Shown in pieces: positions 1-12,100 of a DNA stretch of 20,000 bases. This DNA comes from Chiloscyllium plagiosum (taxonomy: Eukaryota): positions 872,409 through 892,408 of the forward strand of contig NC_057755.1 of NCBI RefSeq assembly GCF_004010195.1. The letters run 5' to 3'. Under the pieces are notes generated by a model. It was not told the origin of the DNA. It searched no databases and worked only from the letters and a program-made list of their open reading frames with translations. The stretch's first letter is position 1. Every line of letters begins with the position of its first letter. Position numbers and translations under genes: made by a program.

Positions 1-277
1 ACACGAGGGCTCATAATTTTACCCTGTTTGACAGAAAGTATAGAGGGGATGTCTGAGGCAGGTTCTTTACGCAGAGACTTGTGGGAGCATGGAATACGTT
101 GCCAGCAGCAGTTGTGGAAGCGAGGTCATTGGGGAAATTTAAGAGACTGCTGGACATGCATATGGTCTCAGAAATCTGAGGGTTCGTACATTAGGTTTAC
201 CTTACATGAGGATCAATGGTTGGCACAACATCGTGGGCTGAAGGGCCTGTTCTGTGCTGGACTGTTCTATGTTCTAT
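1..277 (+). mobile_element. CR1-clade LINE 3' end (ORF2 C-terminus plus 3' UTR), truncated by window start
   Basis: Translates as TRAHNFTLFDRKYRGDV*GRFFTQRLVGAWNTLPAAVVEARSLGKFKRLLDMHM, typical of the CR1 ORF2 tail. The 3' UTR core TGGGCTGAAGGGCCTGTT is followed by a (GTTCTAT)2 microsatellite tail ending at 277. Confidence 0.9.
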
Positions 278-457
278 ATTTCTGCGCATCAGTGTGTTTG
301 ACTTTAAGTACTTTTTCTTTGGTTTCAAACTTGTGAATCTGAAGTTCAGCGCTGGGAAACATAATTCCAATTGGTTTTAATTTCACCTGTTTTATGTAGA
401 TTCAACTTATAGAGTCCACAGAGGGGTTTTTTCCCGTATGCATGGAAACTGCATCGG

Positions 458-1356
458 GTACACAGACACAGTGAAATTCTGGACGAACCTGGCAGAATCC
501 TGTTAAACTGTGAAACCCTGTACGCGTCAGGTATGGTCCCGACACACTGTGAAACCCGGTAAACACCTGACAGGATCATGATACAGTGTGAAACCCTATG
601 CAAACCTGGCAGGATCCTGTTACACTTGAAACGTTGTACAAACCTGGCAGGAAACCAAACTACTGTGAAACCCTGGGCACACCCAGCAGGGTCTCGATAC
701 ACTGTGAAAATCTGTACACTCCTGCAAGGGTCGTGTTACACGGGAAAACCCTGTGGACACCTGGCGAGGTCCTGATACACTTCTATGCCCAGGACGTGTC
801 AGATAGGATCCTGACCCACTGTTAAACCCCGTACACACCTGACAACATCCTGTTACTCTGCGAAACCCTATACATACCTGGTAGGGTCGCGTGACACTGT
901 GAAACCCTTTACATACATGGCATGGTCATGATACGCTGTGAAACTATGCATGCACTTGGTAGGGTTCCGATGCACTTTGAATGCCTGTACACATCCAGCA
1001 AAGCTCCGATACACTGTTTAACACCATACATATCAGACAAGGTGCTGACGCATTGTGAAACCCTTTACATGCCTGGAAGGATCCTGATACACTGTAAAAC
1101 CGTGTACACACTTAGCGGGGACACCATGCACTGTGAAACTCTGTACAGACGTGGCAGAATCCTGATACACCAGTAAGCCCTGTATATACCTGGCCGGGTT
1201 CCGGTACACTATGAAATCCTGTACACAGCTGGCAGCGTCCTGATACACTGTGAAACACTGTACATACCTGGAAGCCTTTTGGTACACTGTGAACCACTGC
1301 ACGGGCCTGACAGGGTCCCAATATACTGTGCAACCCTGTACACACCTGGCAAGGTT
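458..1356. repeat. 39-bp tandem satellite, first block (runs into the gap)
   Basis: Contiguous diverged copies of CCTGATACACTGTGAAACCCTGTACACACCTGGCAGGAT. Confidence 0.95.
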
Positions 1357-1856
1357 NNNNNNNNNNNNNNNNNNNNNNNNNNNNNNNNNNNNNNNNNNNN
1401 NNNNNNNNNNNNNNNNNNNNNNNNNNNNNNNNNNNNNNNNNNNNNNNNNNNNNNNNNNNNNNNNNNNNNNNNNNNNNNNNNNNNNNNNNNNNNNNNNNNN
1501 NNNNNNNNNNNNNNNNNNNNNNNNNNNNNNNNNNNNNNNNNNNNNNNNNNNNNNNNNNNNNNNNNNNNNNNNNNNNNNNNNNNNNNNNNNNNNNNNNNNN
1601 NNNNNNNNNNNNNNNNNNNNNNNNNNNNNNNNNNNNNNNNNNNNNNNNNNNNNNNNNNNNNNNNNNNNNNNNNNNNNNNNNNNNNNNNNNNNNNNNNNNN
1701 NNNNNNNNNNNNNNNNNNNNNNNNNNNNNNNNNNNNNNNNNNNNNNNNNNNNNNNNNNNNNNNNNNNNNNNNNNNNNNNNNNNNNNNNNNNNNNNNNNNN
1801 NNNNNNNNNNNNNNNNNNNNNNNNNNNNNNNNNNNNNNNNNNNNNNNNNNNNNNNN
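1357..1856. other. Assembly gap (exactly 500 N, probably a scaffolding placeholder)
   Basis: Run of N from 1357 to 1856. The round length suggests an unsized join. Confidence 0.98.
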
Positions 1857-2744
1857 TGGCAGACGACACAAAGGTTGGAGGATTCGTTGACAGTATAGAG
1901 GACTGCTTTAGGCTGCAGCGTGACATTGACAGAGACAGGCTGAGAGGTGGCAGATGGAGTTCAACCTGGATAAATGCAAAGACATGCATTTTGGAAGGTC
2001 GAACTTGAAATTTGAGTACAGGATTAAAGACAGGATTCTTGTGCAGGAACAGCGGGATCTTGGTGTGCAGGTACATAGATCCATTAAAATTACCATCCGA
2101 GTGGACAGGGTTCTTTAGAAAGCATATGGTGTTTTGGCTTTCAGTAACAGGGGGATTGAGTTTAAGAGCCGTGAGATCTTGTTGCAGCACTATAAAACTT
2201 TGGTTAGACCGCACTTGGAATATTATGTCAGTTCTGGTCGCCCTATTATAGGTAAGATGTGGATGCTTTGGACAGGGTTCAGAGGAGGTTCACCAGGATG
2301 CTGCCTGGAATGGAGGGCTTATCTTACGAAGAGAGGTTGTCTGAGCTCTGACTTTTTTCATTGGAAAAAAGAAGGAAGAGGGGGGAACCTAACTGAGGTG
2401 TACAATATAATGAGAGGCATAGATAGAGTTGATAGCCAGAGACTTTTTCCCACGGCAAAAATTGTTAACACGCGGGCTCATAATTTTACGCTGTTTGGCA
2501 GTATGTATAAAGGGGATGTCTGAGGCAGGTTCTTTACGCAGAGAGTTGTGGGAGTATGGAATACGTTGCCAGCAGCAGTTGTGGAAGCGAGGTCATTGGG
2601 GAAATTTAAGAGACTGCTGGACATGCATATGATCACAGAAATCTGAGGGTTCGTACATTAGGTTTACCTTACATGAGGATCAATGGTTGGCACAACATCG
2701 TGGGCTGAAGGGCCTGTTCTGTGCTGTACTGTTCTATGTTCTAT
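1857..2744 (+). mobile_element. CR1-clade LINE fragment, RT C-terminal region to 3' tail, degenerate
   Basis: ADDTKVGGFVDSIEDCFRLQRDID (RT [Y/F]ADD motif), KSREILLQHYKTLVRPHLEY and LTEVYNIMRGIDRVDSQRLFP lie in shifting frames. The 3' UTR and (GTTCTAT)2 tail match those at 1-277. Confidence 0.93.
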
Positions 2745-3821
2745 ATTTCTGCACATCAGTGTGTTTGACTTTAAGTACTTTTTCTTTGGTTTCAAACTTG
2801 TGAATCTGAAGTTCAGCGCTGGGAAACATAATTCCAATTGGTTTTAATTTCACCTGTTTTATGTAGATTCAACTTATAGAGTCCACAGAGGTTTTTTTCC
2901 CGTATGCATGGAAACTGCATCGGATACACAAACACAGTGAAATTCTGGACGAACCTGGCAGAATCCTGTTAAACTGTGAAACCCTGTACGCGTCAGGTAT
3001 GGTCCCGACACACTGTGAAACCCGATAAACATCTGACAGGATCATGATACAGTGTGAAACCCTATGCAAACCTGGCAGGATCCTGTTACACTTGAAACGT
3101 TGTACAAACCTGGCAGGAAACCAAACTACTGTGAAACCCTGGGCACACCCAGCAGGGTCTCGATACACTGTGAAAATCTGTACACTCCTGCAAGGGTCGT
3201 GTTACACGGGAAAACCCTGTGGACACCTGGCGAGGTCCTGATACACTTCTATGCCCAGGACGTGTCAGATAGGATCCTGACCCACTGTTAAACCCCGTAA
3301 ACACCTGGCAACATCCTGTTACTCTGCGAAACCCTATACATACCTGGTAGGGTCGCGTGACACTGTGAAACCCTTTACATACATCGCAGGGTCATGATAC
3401 GCTGTGCAACTATGTATGCACTTGGTAGGGTTCCGATGCACTTTGAATGCCTGTACACATCCAGCAAAGCTCCGATACACTGTTAAACACCATACATATC
3501 AGACAAGGTGCTGACGCATTGTGAAACCCTTTACACGCCTGGAAGGATCCTGATACACTGTAAAACCGTGTACACACTTGGCAGGGACACCATGCACTGT
3601 AAAACTCTGTACAGACGTGGCAGAATCCTGATACACCAGTAAGCCCTGGATATACCTGGCCGGGTTCCGGTACACTGTGAAATCCTGTACACAGCTGGCA
3701 GCGTCCTGATACACTGTGAAACACTGTACATACCTGGAAGCGTTTTGGTACACTGTGAACCACTGCACGGACCTGACAGGGTCCCAATATACTGTGCAAC
3801 CCTGTACACACCTGGCAAGGT
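2468..3821 (+). repeat. Direct duplicate of 1-1355 (LINE tail + ~180-bp AT-rich spacer + satellite start)
   Basis: Colinear with 1-1355 at an offset of 2466-2467. By-eye comparison gives roughly 30-35 differences. The ORF track shows identical peptides at 578/3044 and 598/3064. Confidence 0.95.
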
Positions 3822-5961
3822 CGTGATACACTGTGAAACCCTGCACACAGCTGTCAGGGTCGCGTTCCACTCTGAATACCTGAACACACCAGGGAGGCTC
3901 GCGTTACACTGTGAAACACTGTGTATACACCTGGCAGTGTACCAATACACTGTGAACACCGATACATACTCCTGACAGTGTCGTGATAACGTGTTAAACA
4001 CCGTATATGTGAAGCAGTGTCCTGAAACACTGTGAAACATACATACCTGGCAGGATCCTGTTACACTCTGAAACTCTATGCACACCTGGCAGTGTCACGA
4101 TACAGCGTGAATTCCTGTACACACCCGGCAGGGCACTGTCACACTGTGAAACCCTGTACACACGGGGCAGAGTCCCCATACACTGTGAAATCGTATTTAC
4201 TCCTGGCAGGACCCTGATACGCTGTGAAACCCTACACAGTCCGGGCAGGGTCCAGATGCACTGTGGAATATTGTACATTCCTGACAGAATACTGATACAT
4301 CGTGAAACCCAGTAAACACCAGGCAGGGTTTTGTTACAGTATGACACCCTGTACACACATGGTAGTGACCTGATACTCCGTGAACCCGTGCACAAACCTG
4401 GCAGAGTCCTGATACATTGTGAAACCTGGTACACAGCTGGCAGGATCCTCATACACTGTGAATCCCTGTTCACATCTGGCACGGTTGTGTTATATTGAAT
4501 CCCTATACACAGCTGGCAGGTTTCCGATATGCTGTAAAAACCTGTTTTCACCTGGCAGGATCACGATTTACTGTGAGTCCCTGTGCACACTGGTATGATC
4601 CTGCTCAACAGTGTTTCCCTGTAAACAACTGGCAGGTACCCAGTACACTGTAAACCACTGTATACACCTGTCAGCATCCTGTTAAACTGTGAAACCGTGC
4701 ACACACCTGGCAGGGTCGCGATGTGAAACCGTGTAACCAGTTAGCAGAACCCTGATAAACTCTGAAACCCTATACTTGCCTGGCAGTGTCCTGATACACT
4801 GAGAAAGTCCCTGCCCTGTCCTTGCAGGACGCTGACATACTGTGAAATACTGTACACACCTGGCAGCATTCAACCCTGGACACACCTGTCAGGATCCTGG
4901 CAACAATGTGAAAACCTGTGCACACCTGGCAACGTCCTGATACACTGTGAAAACCTGTTCACATCTGGCAGGATCCTGTTCAACTGTGAAACCCTGTAAA
5001 CATCTCGCAGGGTCCCAATACACTGTGATACCCTGTACACACCTGGCACGGTCCTGCTGCACTGTGAACCCCTGCACACACCTGACAGAGTTCTTCAACA
5101 CTGTGAAAACGTGTACACACCTGGCAGAATTATTTTACGCTGTGGAACCCTGTGCACACTTGGCAGTATCTTGATACTCTTTGAAACCCTGTAGACACCT
5201 GGCAGTGTCCTGACACACTGTGAAACCCTTTGTGAACCTGACAGCATCCCGGTACACTGTGAAACCCTGTAAATTCCTTGAAGGATCCTGATGCTCGGTG
5301 TAACCCTGCACACATCTGGCAGGGTTCTCTCAAACTGTGAAACTCTGTGCACACCTGATAACGTTCCGATACACTGTCAAAGATGTGTACACCTGGAAGC
5401 CTCCTGATACGCTGTGAAACCATCCTTATACCTTGCAGAGTCCCAATACACTGGTAAACCAGCACATGTTAGGTAAACTCTAACACTCTGCACACACACA
5501 GGGCAACATACTGTTACACGGTGAAATCCTGTGCACACCTAGCAGGATCTGACACACTGTGAAACCCTGTTTACACCTGCCTGGGTCATGCTACAGTGTG
5601 ATACGATGTACACCCCTGAAACCGTCCTGATACACAGTGAAACTATGTATCCACCTGTCCGGGTGTTGAAATTCTGGAATGCTGAAAGCACCTGCCAACG
5701 ACCCGTTACACTGTGAATGCCTGTTTACACTTGGTAGTTTCCTGTTGCACTGTGAAACCCTGCACACTCCTGGCGGAAGTCTGATTCACTGTTAATCTCT
5801 GAACACACCTGACAGGATTCTGATACACTGTTAAATCCTGTGCACACCTGGCAGGATTCTGTCACACTATGAATCCCTGTGCACATCTGGCAGGATCCTG
5901 ATACATTGTGAAACCCTGCACACATCTGGAAGTGTCCTGATACACTGTGAAACCCTGTACA

Positions 5962-6163
5962 ATTACATTAGATTACATTACAATGTGGAAACAGGCCCTT
6001 CGGCCCAACAAGTCCACACCGACCCGCCGAAGCGCAATCCACCCATACCCCTACATTTACCCCTTACCTAACACTACGGGCATTTTAGCATGGCCAATTC
6101 ACCTAACCTGCACATCTTTGGACTATGGGAGGTAACCGGAGCACGCGGAGGAAACCCACGCAG
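5962..6163 (-). mobile_element. 5'-truncated HE1-like SINE inserted in the satellite
   Basis: Reverse complement of the 3' ~200 nt of the SINE at 14401-14721. It has a degenerate (TAATC/TAATG)n tail at 5962-5981 and lacks the tRNA-derived head. Confidence 0.9.
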
Positions 6164-9100
6164 GGCCCCGATAGACTGTCAAACCTGGTGAACACCTGGC
6201 AGGGTCTGACACACTGAAACCCTGTACAAACCTGGCAGAATCCGAAATGGCTGTGAAACCCTGTACACACCTGGAAGAATCCTGATAAGCTGAGAAACCC
6301 TGTACACACCGGGCAGGGTCCAGACATATGTTGAAACCTGTACTCACCTAACGTTCAGGATACGCTGTAAAACTCTGTGCACACCTGGCAGAATCTTGAT
6401 ACACTGTCAAATCCTGTAGACCAGTTGCAGAATCCTGATTTGCTATACACATCTGATAGGATCTTGATACACTGTGAAACTCTGTACACACCTTGCAGGG
6501 TCCAGATACACTGTGAAACCCTGCACACACCTGGCAAGATCCTGTTACACCGTGAATTCTAGTACACACTTGACAGGAACCTGATACACTAAACTCTGTA
6601 CACACCAGGCAGGATCCTGGTACGCTCTGAAACCTGTACATACCTGGCACGATCCTGATGCACTTGGAAACAATGTCCAACCTGTTGGTTCCCTGATACA
6701 CTGTGAGATCCTATTTACATCTGGGAGGATCCTGATTCCCTGAAAAACACTGTACAAATTTTGCAGGGTCCCGATATACTGCGAAACCCGGCACACATCT
6801 GGCAGTGTCCGGTACACTGTAAAACCCTGTAAACACTTGGCTGGGTACCAATACAATGTAAAACCCTGTACACACCTGGCACGGTTCTGATACCTTATGA
6901 AACTCTGCACACACGACAGGCAGGTTCCTGGCACACACTGAAGTCCTGTACACACCTGGCAGATTCTCTGTGCCTGTGAAATCTTGTACACTCCTTGCAT
7001 GATACTGATGCACTGTGAAACTCTGTACACATCTGGCAGGGTCATGATACGCTCTGAAACCCTTTACGCACCTGGCGGGATCCCGATAGACTGTGAAACT
7101 CTGTATACGCCTGGCAATCTCCCGATGCACTGTTAAATCCTGTACATGTCATGCGGGTTCCTGATGGACGATGAAAATCTGCACTTGGCTGAGTCGTGTT
7201 ATTCTGAAACCTAGTACACAGCTGTCAGGGTCGCATTACAGCATGATATCCTGTACAGACGTATAGGATACATTGTGAAACATTGTTACATTGTACACAC
7301 ATTGATACATTGTGAAACAATGTACACCGCTGGCACCGTCCTGATACATCGTGAAGCACTGTACAAACCTGTCAGGATCCTGATATATTGTGATGAAACA
7401 GCGTACCCACCTGGAAGGGTCGTGATACAGCGTGACACCTTGTACACACAAGGCATTGTGCTGATAAACTGTGAAGCCCTGTACATACTTGGAAGGATCC
7501 TGATACACTGTGAACGCCTGTTCACACCTGGAATGGTTCTGATACATTGTGAAGCCCTCTAAACAGCTAGCAGGCTGCTGATACACTGTGAAACCCTGTA
7601 CCCAATGGCTGAGTCCTGATGCATTGTGAACCCCGATACACACCTGACAGTGTCCTGATACACTGTCAAACCCCGCACACACCTGGCACATTCCTGATAC
7701 ACTGTGAAACCCTGCAGGCACCTGGTAGTTCACTGTTACTCTGTGAAACCCTGCATACTCCTAGAAGCGTCTCAGTACACTGTAAAACTATTTAACCACT
7801 TGGCAGAGTCCTAAAATAATGTGAAAGCCTGAACACACCTGTCAGGTTTCCGATAGACTATTTATTCCTGTACACGACAGGCAGGGTCCCGATAAACTGT
7901 GAAACCCTGTACACACCTGGCTTAATCCTGATCCGCTGTGAAACCCTGTACAGACCTGGAAGGATCCGGACGCGCTGGATACCCTGTACACACCTCACAG
8001 GGTCCTGATACACGGTGAAACCCTGTACACACCTCATGACTATAATACGCTGTGAAACCCTGTACACACCTGGCAGGATCCTGATACGTTGTAAAACCCT
8101 GTACAAACCTGGCAGGGTCCTGATACACTGTCAAACCTTGTGCACACCTGTCACGATCCCGTTAGACTGAAAAAACCCTGTATACATCTAGCAGGAGCCT
8201 GATACACAGTCATCTTTGTATAAACCTTGCACGATCCTGAAAGACTGTGAAATCCTCTACACATCTGGCAGTACGCTAATCCACTGTGAAATGCTGGATA
8301 CTCCTTGCAGTACCATCATATATTGTGAAAATCTGGACTGATCTTGCAGGATCCTGATACACAGTGAAACCGGATATACACTTGGTAGGGCCCAGACACG
8401 CTGTGAAACCGTGTTTATACCTGGCAGTGTTTCAATACATTGTGAATCTCCATACACACATGACAGGATCCTGATACTCTGTGAAACCCTGTGCACACGT
8501 GCCAGGATCATGTTACACTGTGAAACCCAGTCCGCACCTGGCAGGATCCTGATAATGTGTGAAACCCTGTACACACCTGGCAGGGTCCTGATACACTGCC
8601 ATAACTTGTGCACACTTAGTAGGATCCAGTTAGACTGAAAAACCCTGTACACATCTAGAAGTCTCCTGTTGCACAGTAAACCTTGTACAGTCCTTCAAGT
8701 TTCTGATAAACTGTGTAGCCCTCTGCACACCTGGCAGGATCCTGATACACAGGATGCTGAAATGCTGGACAGATCTGGAACGATCCTAATACCCTGTACA
8801 CGCATGGCCGCGTCCTGGTATACTGTGAAACCCTGTATACAAGTGGCAGGGACCTGATACACTGTCAAACCTTGTGCACACCGTTAAGGATCCCGTTCAA
8901 TCAAAGAACCATGCACACATCCAGCAGGATCCTGATACACAGTCAACCCTGTACTCTCCTTGCAGGATCCTGGTTAACTGTGAAACCCTCTACACACCTG
9001 GCAGGAGCCGGACACACTGTGAAATGCTGGTTACTCCCTGCTGGATTGTTCAATGCTGTGAAACTCTGGACACGCCTGGCAGGTTGCTCATACGTTGTGA

Positions 9101-12100
9101 AATCCTGTACACACCATGCAGGATCCTGTTACACTGTGAAATCGTGTACGCACATGACAGGATCCTGATACACTGTGAAACCCTGTACACACCTGGCATG
9201 GTCCTCATGCACTGTGAAATACTGTCTCCACCTGGCAGAATCCTGATACACTATGAAACCCTGTACAGATCTGGTAGTGTCCTGATACACTGTGAAACCC
9301 GGAATGCACCTGTGGGGATTCTGTAAAAATGTGAACCCGTCTGCACACCTGGCAGGATTATTTTATATTGTTCAGCTCCGTACACTGCTCGCAGGATCCT
9401 GATGCACTGTGAAACCCTGTACACACCTGGCCGAATCCCGATACACGGTTAAGTCCTGTACATGTCAGACAGCGTTCTGATTGACTGTGAAACGCTATAC
9501 CCTCCTGGCAGGATGCCAATATACTGTGATACGCACTACATACCTGGAAGAGTCCTGACACATTCTCAAACCTTGTGGACACCTGACAGCGTCCTTTTAC
9601 ACTGTGAAAAATGTACACACTTGGTAGGATCCTGATACACTGTGAAACCCTATAAAAACCTGGCAGGGTTCTGACAAACGTTTGACAAGATCCTAATACG
9701 CTATTGAACCCTGTAACACCTGACAGGATCCGGAACACTTGAAAATCCTGTCCAAACCTGGCATGGTGCTGATACACTGTGAACCTCTGTGTACGACTGA
9801 CAAGATCCTTGGACACTGTCAAACCTTGTGCACACCTGGAAGGATCCGGTTCAACTGATAACGCCTGTACACATCTAGCAGGATCCTGATACGCAGTCAA
9901 CCCGATACACACCTTGTAGGATCCGGATACACTGTGAAACTCTGTACACACCTGGCAGGCTCCTGATTCACTGTGAAATTCTGCACACTGCTTGCATGGT
10001 CCTGATACACTCTGAAGCCCTTGTACGCACCTGGCCTGGTCCTGATACACTGTAAAACCTTGTACACATCTGGCACGGCCCTGATACACTGTGGACGCCT
10101 GTACCCAACTTGCAGGATCCTGATACACTGTGAACATCTGTGCACAACTGAGAATGCTCTGCTAAACTGTGAACCCTTGGGTACACCTGGCAGCATTACG
10201 ATACACTGTGAAACCTTCTACACGTCTGGCAGTATCATGATCCACTGTGAAACCACGAAAACATGGGGCAGGGTCCTGACTCGCTGTGAAACCCTATACA
10301 CACCTGGAAGCATCCTGATACACTGTGAAACCCTGTTTACACCTGGCAGGATCTCGATGCACTGTTAAAACAGTACATGTCAGGCAAGGTCGTGATAGAC
10401 TCTGAAACCCTGTACAAACCTGGCAATGTCCTGATATACGGTGATACCCTGTATAAACTTGGCACCCTATGCACTCCTGGCAGGGTGCTGATACACTGTA
10501 AAGCTCTGTACCCATCTGGCAGGCTGCTGATATGCTGTGAACCCCTGTATACAGCTGGTGTGGTCCCCATTCGCTGTATAACGTTGTTTATACCTGTTAG
10601 GATCCTGATACCATGTGACACCCGATATACCCCTGGCAGTGTGCTGATACACTGTGAGTTCTGTATTCACCAGACAGGCTGGTGATTTACTATGAATCCC
10701 TGTTTATACCTGGAAACGTCCTGATACACTGTGAATCCCTGTAGACACCTGGTACGGTCCCCATACGCTGTGTTAGCTTGTCTACACCTGTCAGGATCCT
10801 GATACACGACGAAATCCTGAACATTCCTGGCAGAATGCTGATTTGCTGTGAAACGCTCTACGCACCTAGCAGGGTTCTGATGCAGTGTCAAACCTTGTGA
10901 ATACCTGACAGGGTCATGATATGCTTTTAAACCTTGTCGAAAACTGGCAGGATCCTGATACACTGTGAAACGCTATACACACATGACCGGGTCCTGACAC
11001 ACTATGAATCTCGGTACACATTTGGCAGGATTTTGATACACTGTGAAATGCTGTGCAGTCTTCGCAGGATCCTGATATGCTGCGAAACTCTGTACACAAC
11101 TGGCAAGATCCTGATATCCTGTGAAAACTTGGGTACACCTGGCAGCGTTAGAGTACGCTGTGAAACTAGGTACACTTCTGGTAGTATCATGATGCACTGT
11201 GAAGCCATTAATACACGGGACAGGGTCCTAACTCGCTGTGAAACGCTGTACACACCCGGAAGTGTCCTGATATACTGTGTAACCCTGGTTAAACCTGGCA
11301 AGGTCTCGATGCACTGTTAACCCAGTAAATGTGAGGCAACGTCCTGATAGACTCTGAAACCCTGTACAAAACTGGCAGGTCCCTGATATACTGTGAGAAC
11401 CTGTACGAAAGTGGCAGTGTCGCTTTAAAAATGTGGCACCCTATACATCTCTGGTAGTGTGCTAATACACTGTGAGCACTGTACCCATCTGGCAGGCTGC
11501 TGATATACTATGAATCCCTGTTTACACCTCGCAGCGTCCGGATACACTGAATTCCTGTAGATACCTGGAACGGTCCCCATACGCTGTCTAACCTTGTCTA
11601 CACCTGTCAGGATCCTGATACACTGTGAAACCCTGTACATTCCTCGCAGGATGCTGATATACTTTGAAATGCTCTACACGCCTAGCAGGGTCCTGATACA
11701 TTGTCAAAACTTGTGGACACCTGGCAGTTTCATAATGCATGTCGAACCTTGTAGAAAAATGGCAGGATCCTGTTACACTGTGAAACGCTGTACACACTTG
11801 GCCGAGTCCTGACACACTGTGAATCCCTTTACCCACATTTGCAGGATCTTGATACATTGTTAAATGCTGTGCAATCTTCGCAGGATCCTGATATGTTGTG
11901 AAACCCCGTACACACCTGGCAAGATCCTATTACATTGTCAAACTCTATAAACACCTGGCAAGCTCCTAAGACACATGGAAAACCTGTACACACCTTGCAG
12001 GATCCTGATACACTGTGAAATTCTGTGCACAGCTGACAGGATCTTGATACACTGTGAAACCATGTACAGACCTGGCAGGACCTTGTTCCACTGTGCAACC

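Noticed and set aside
1033..2214. Long ORFs of 203-393 aa
   Set aside because: These are artefacts of translating through the 500-N gap.
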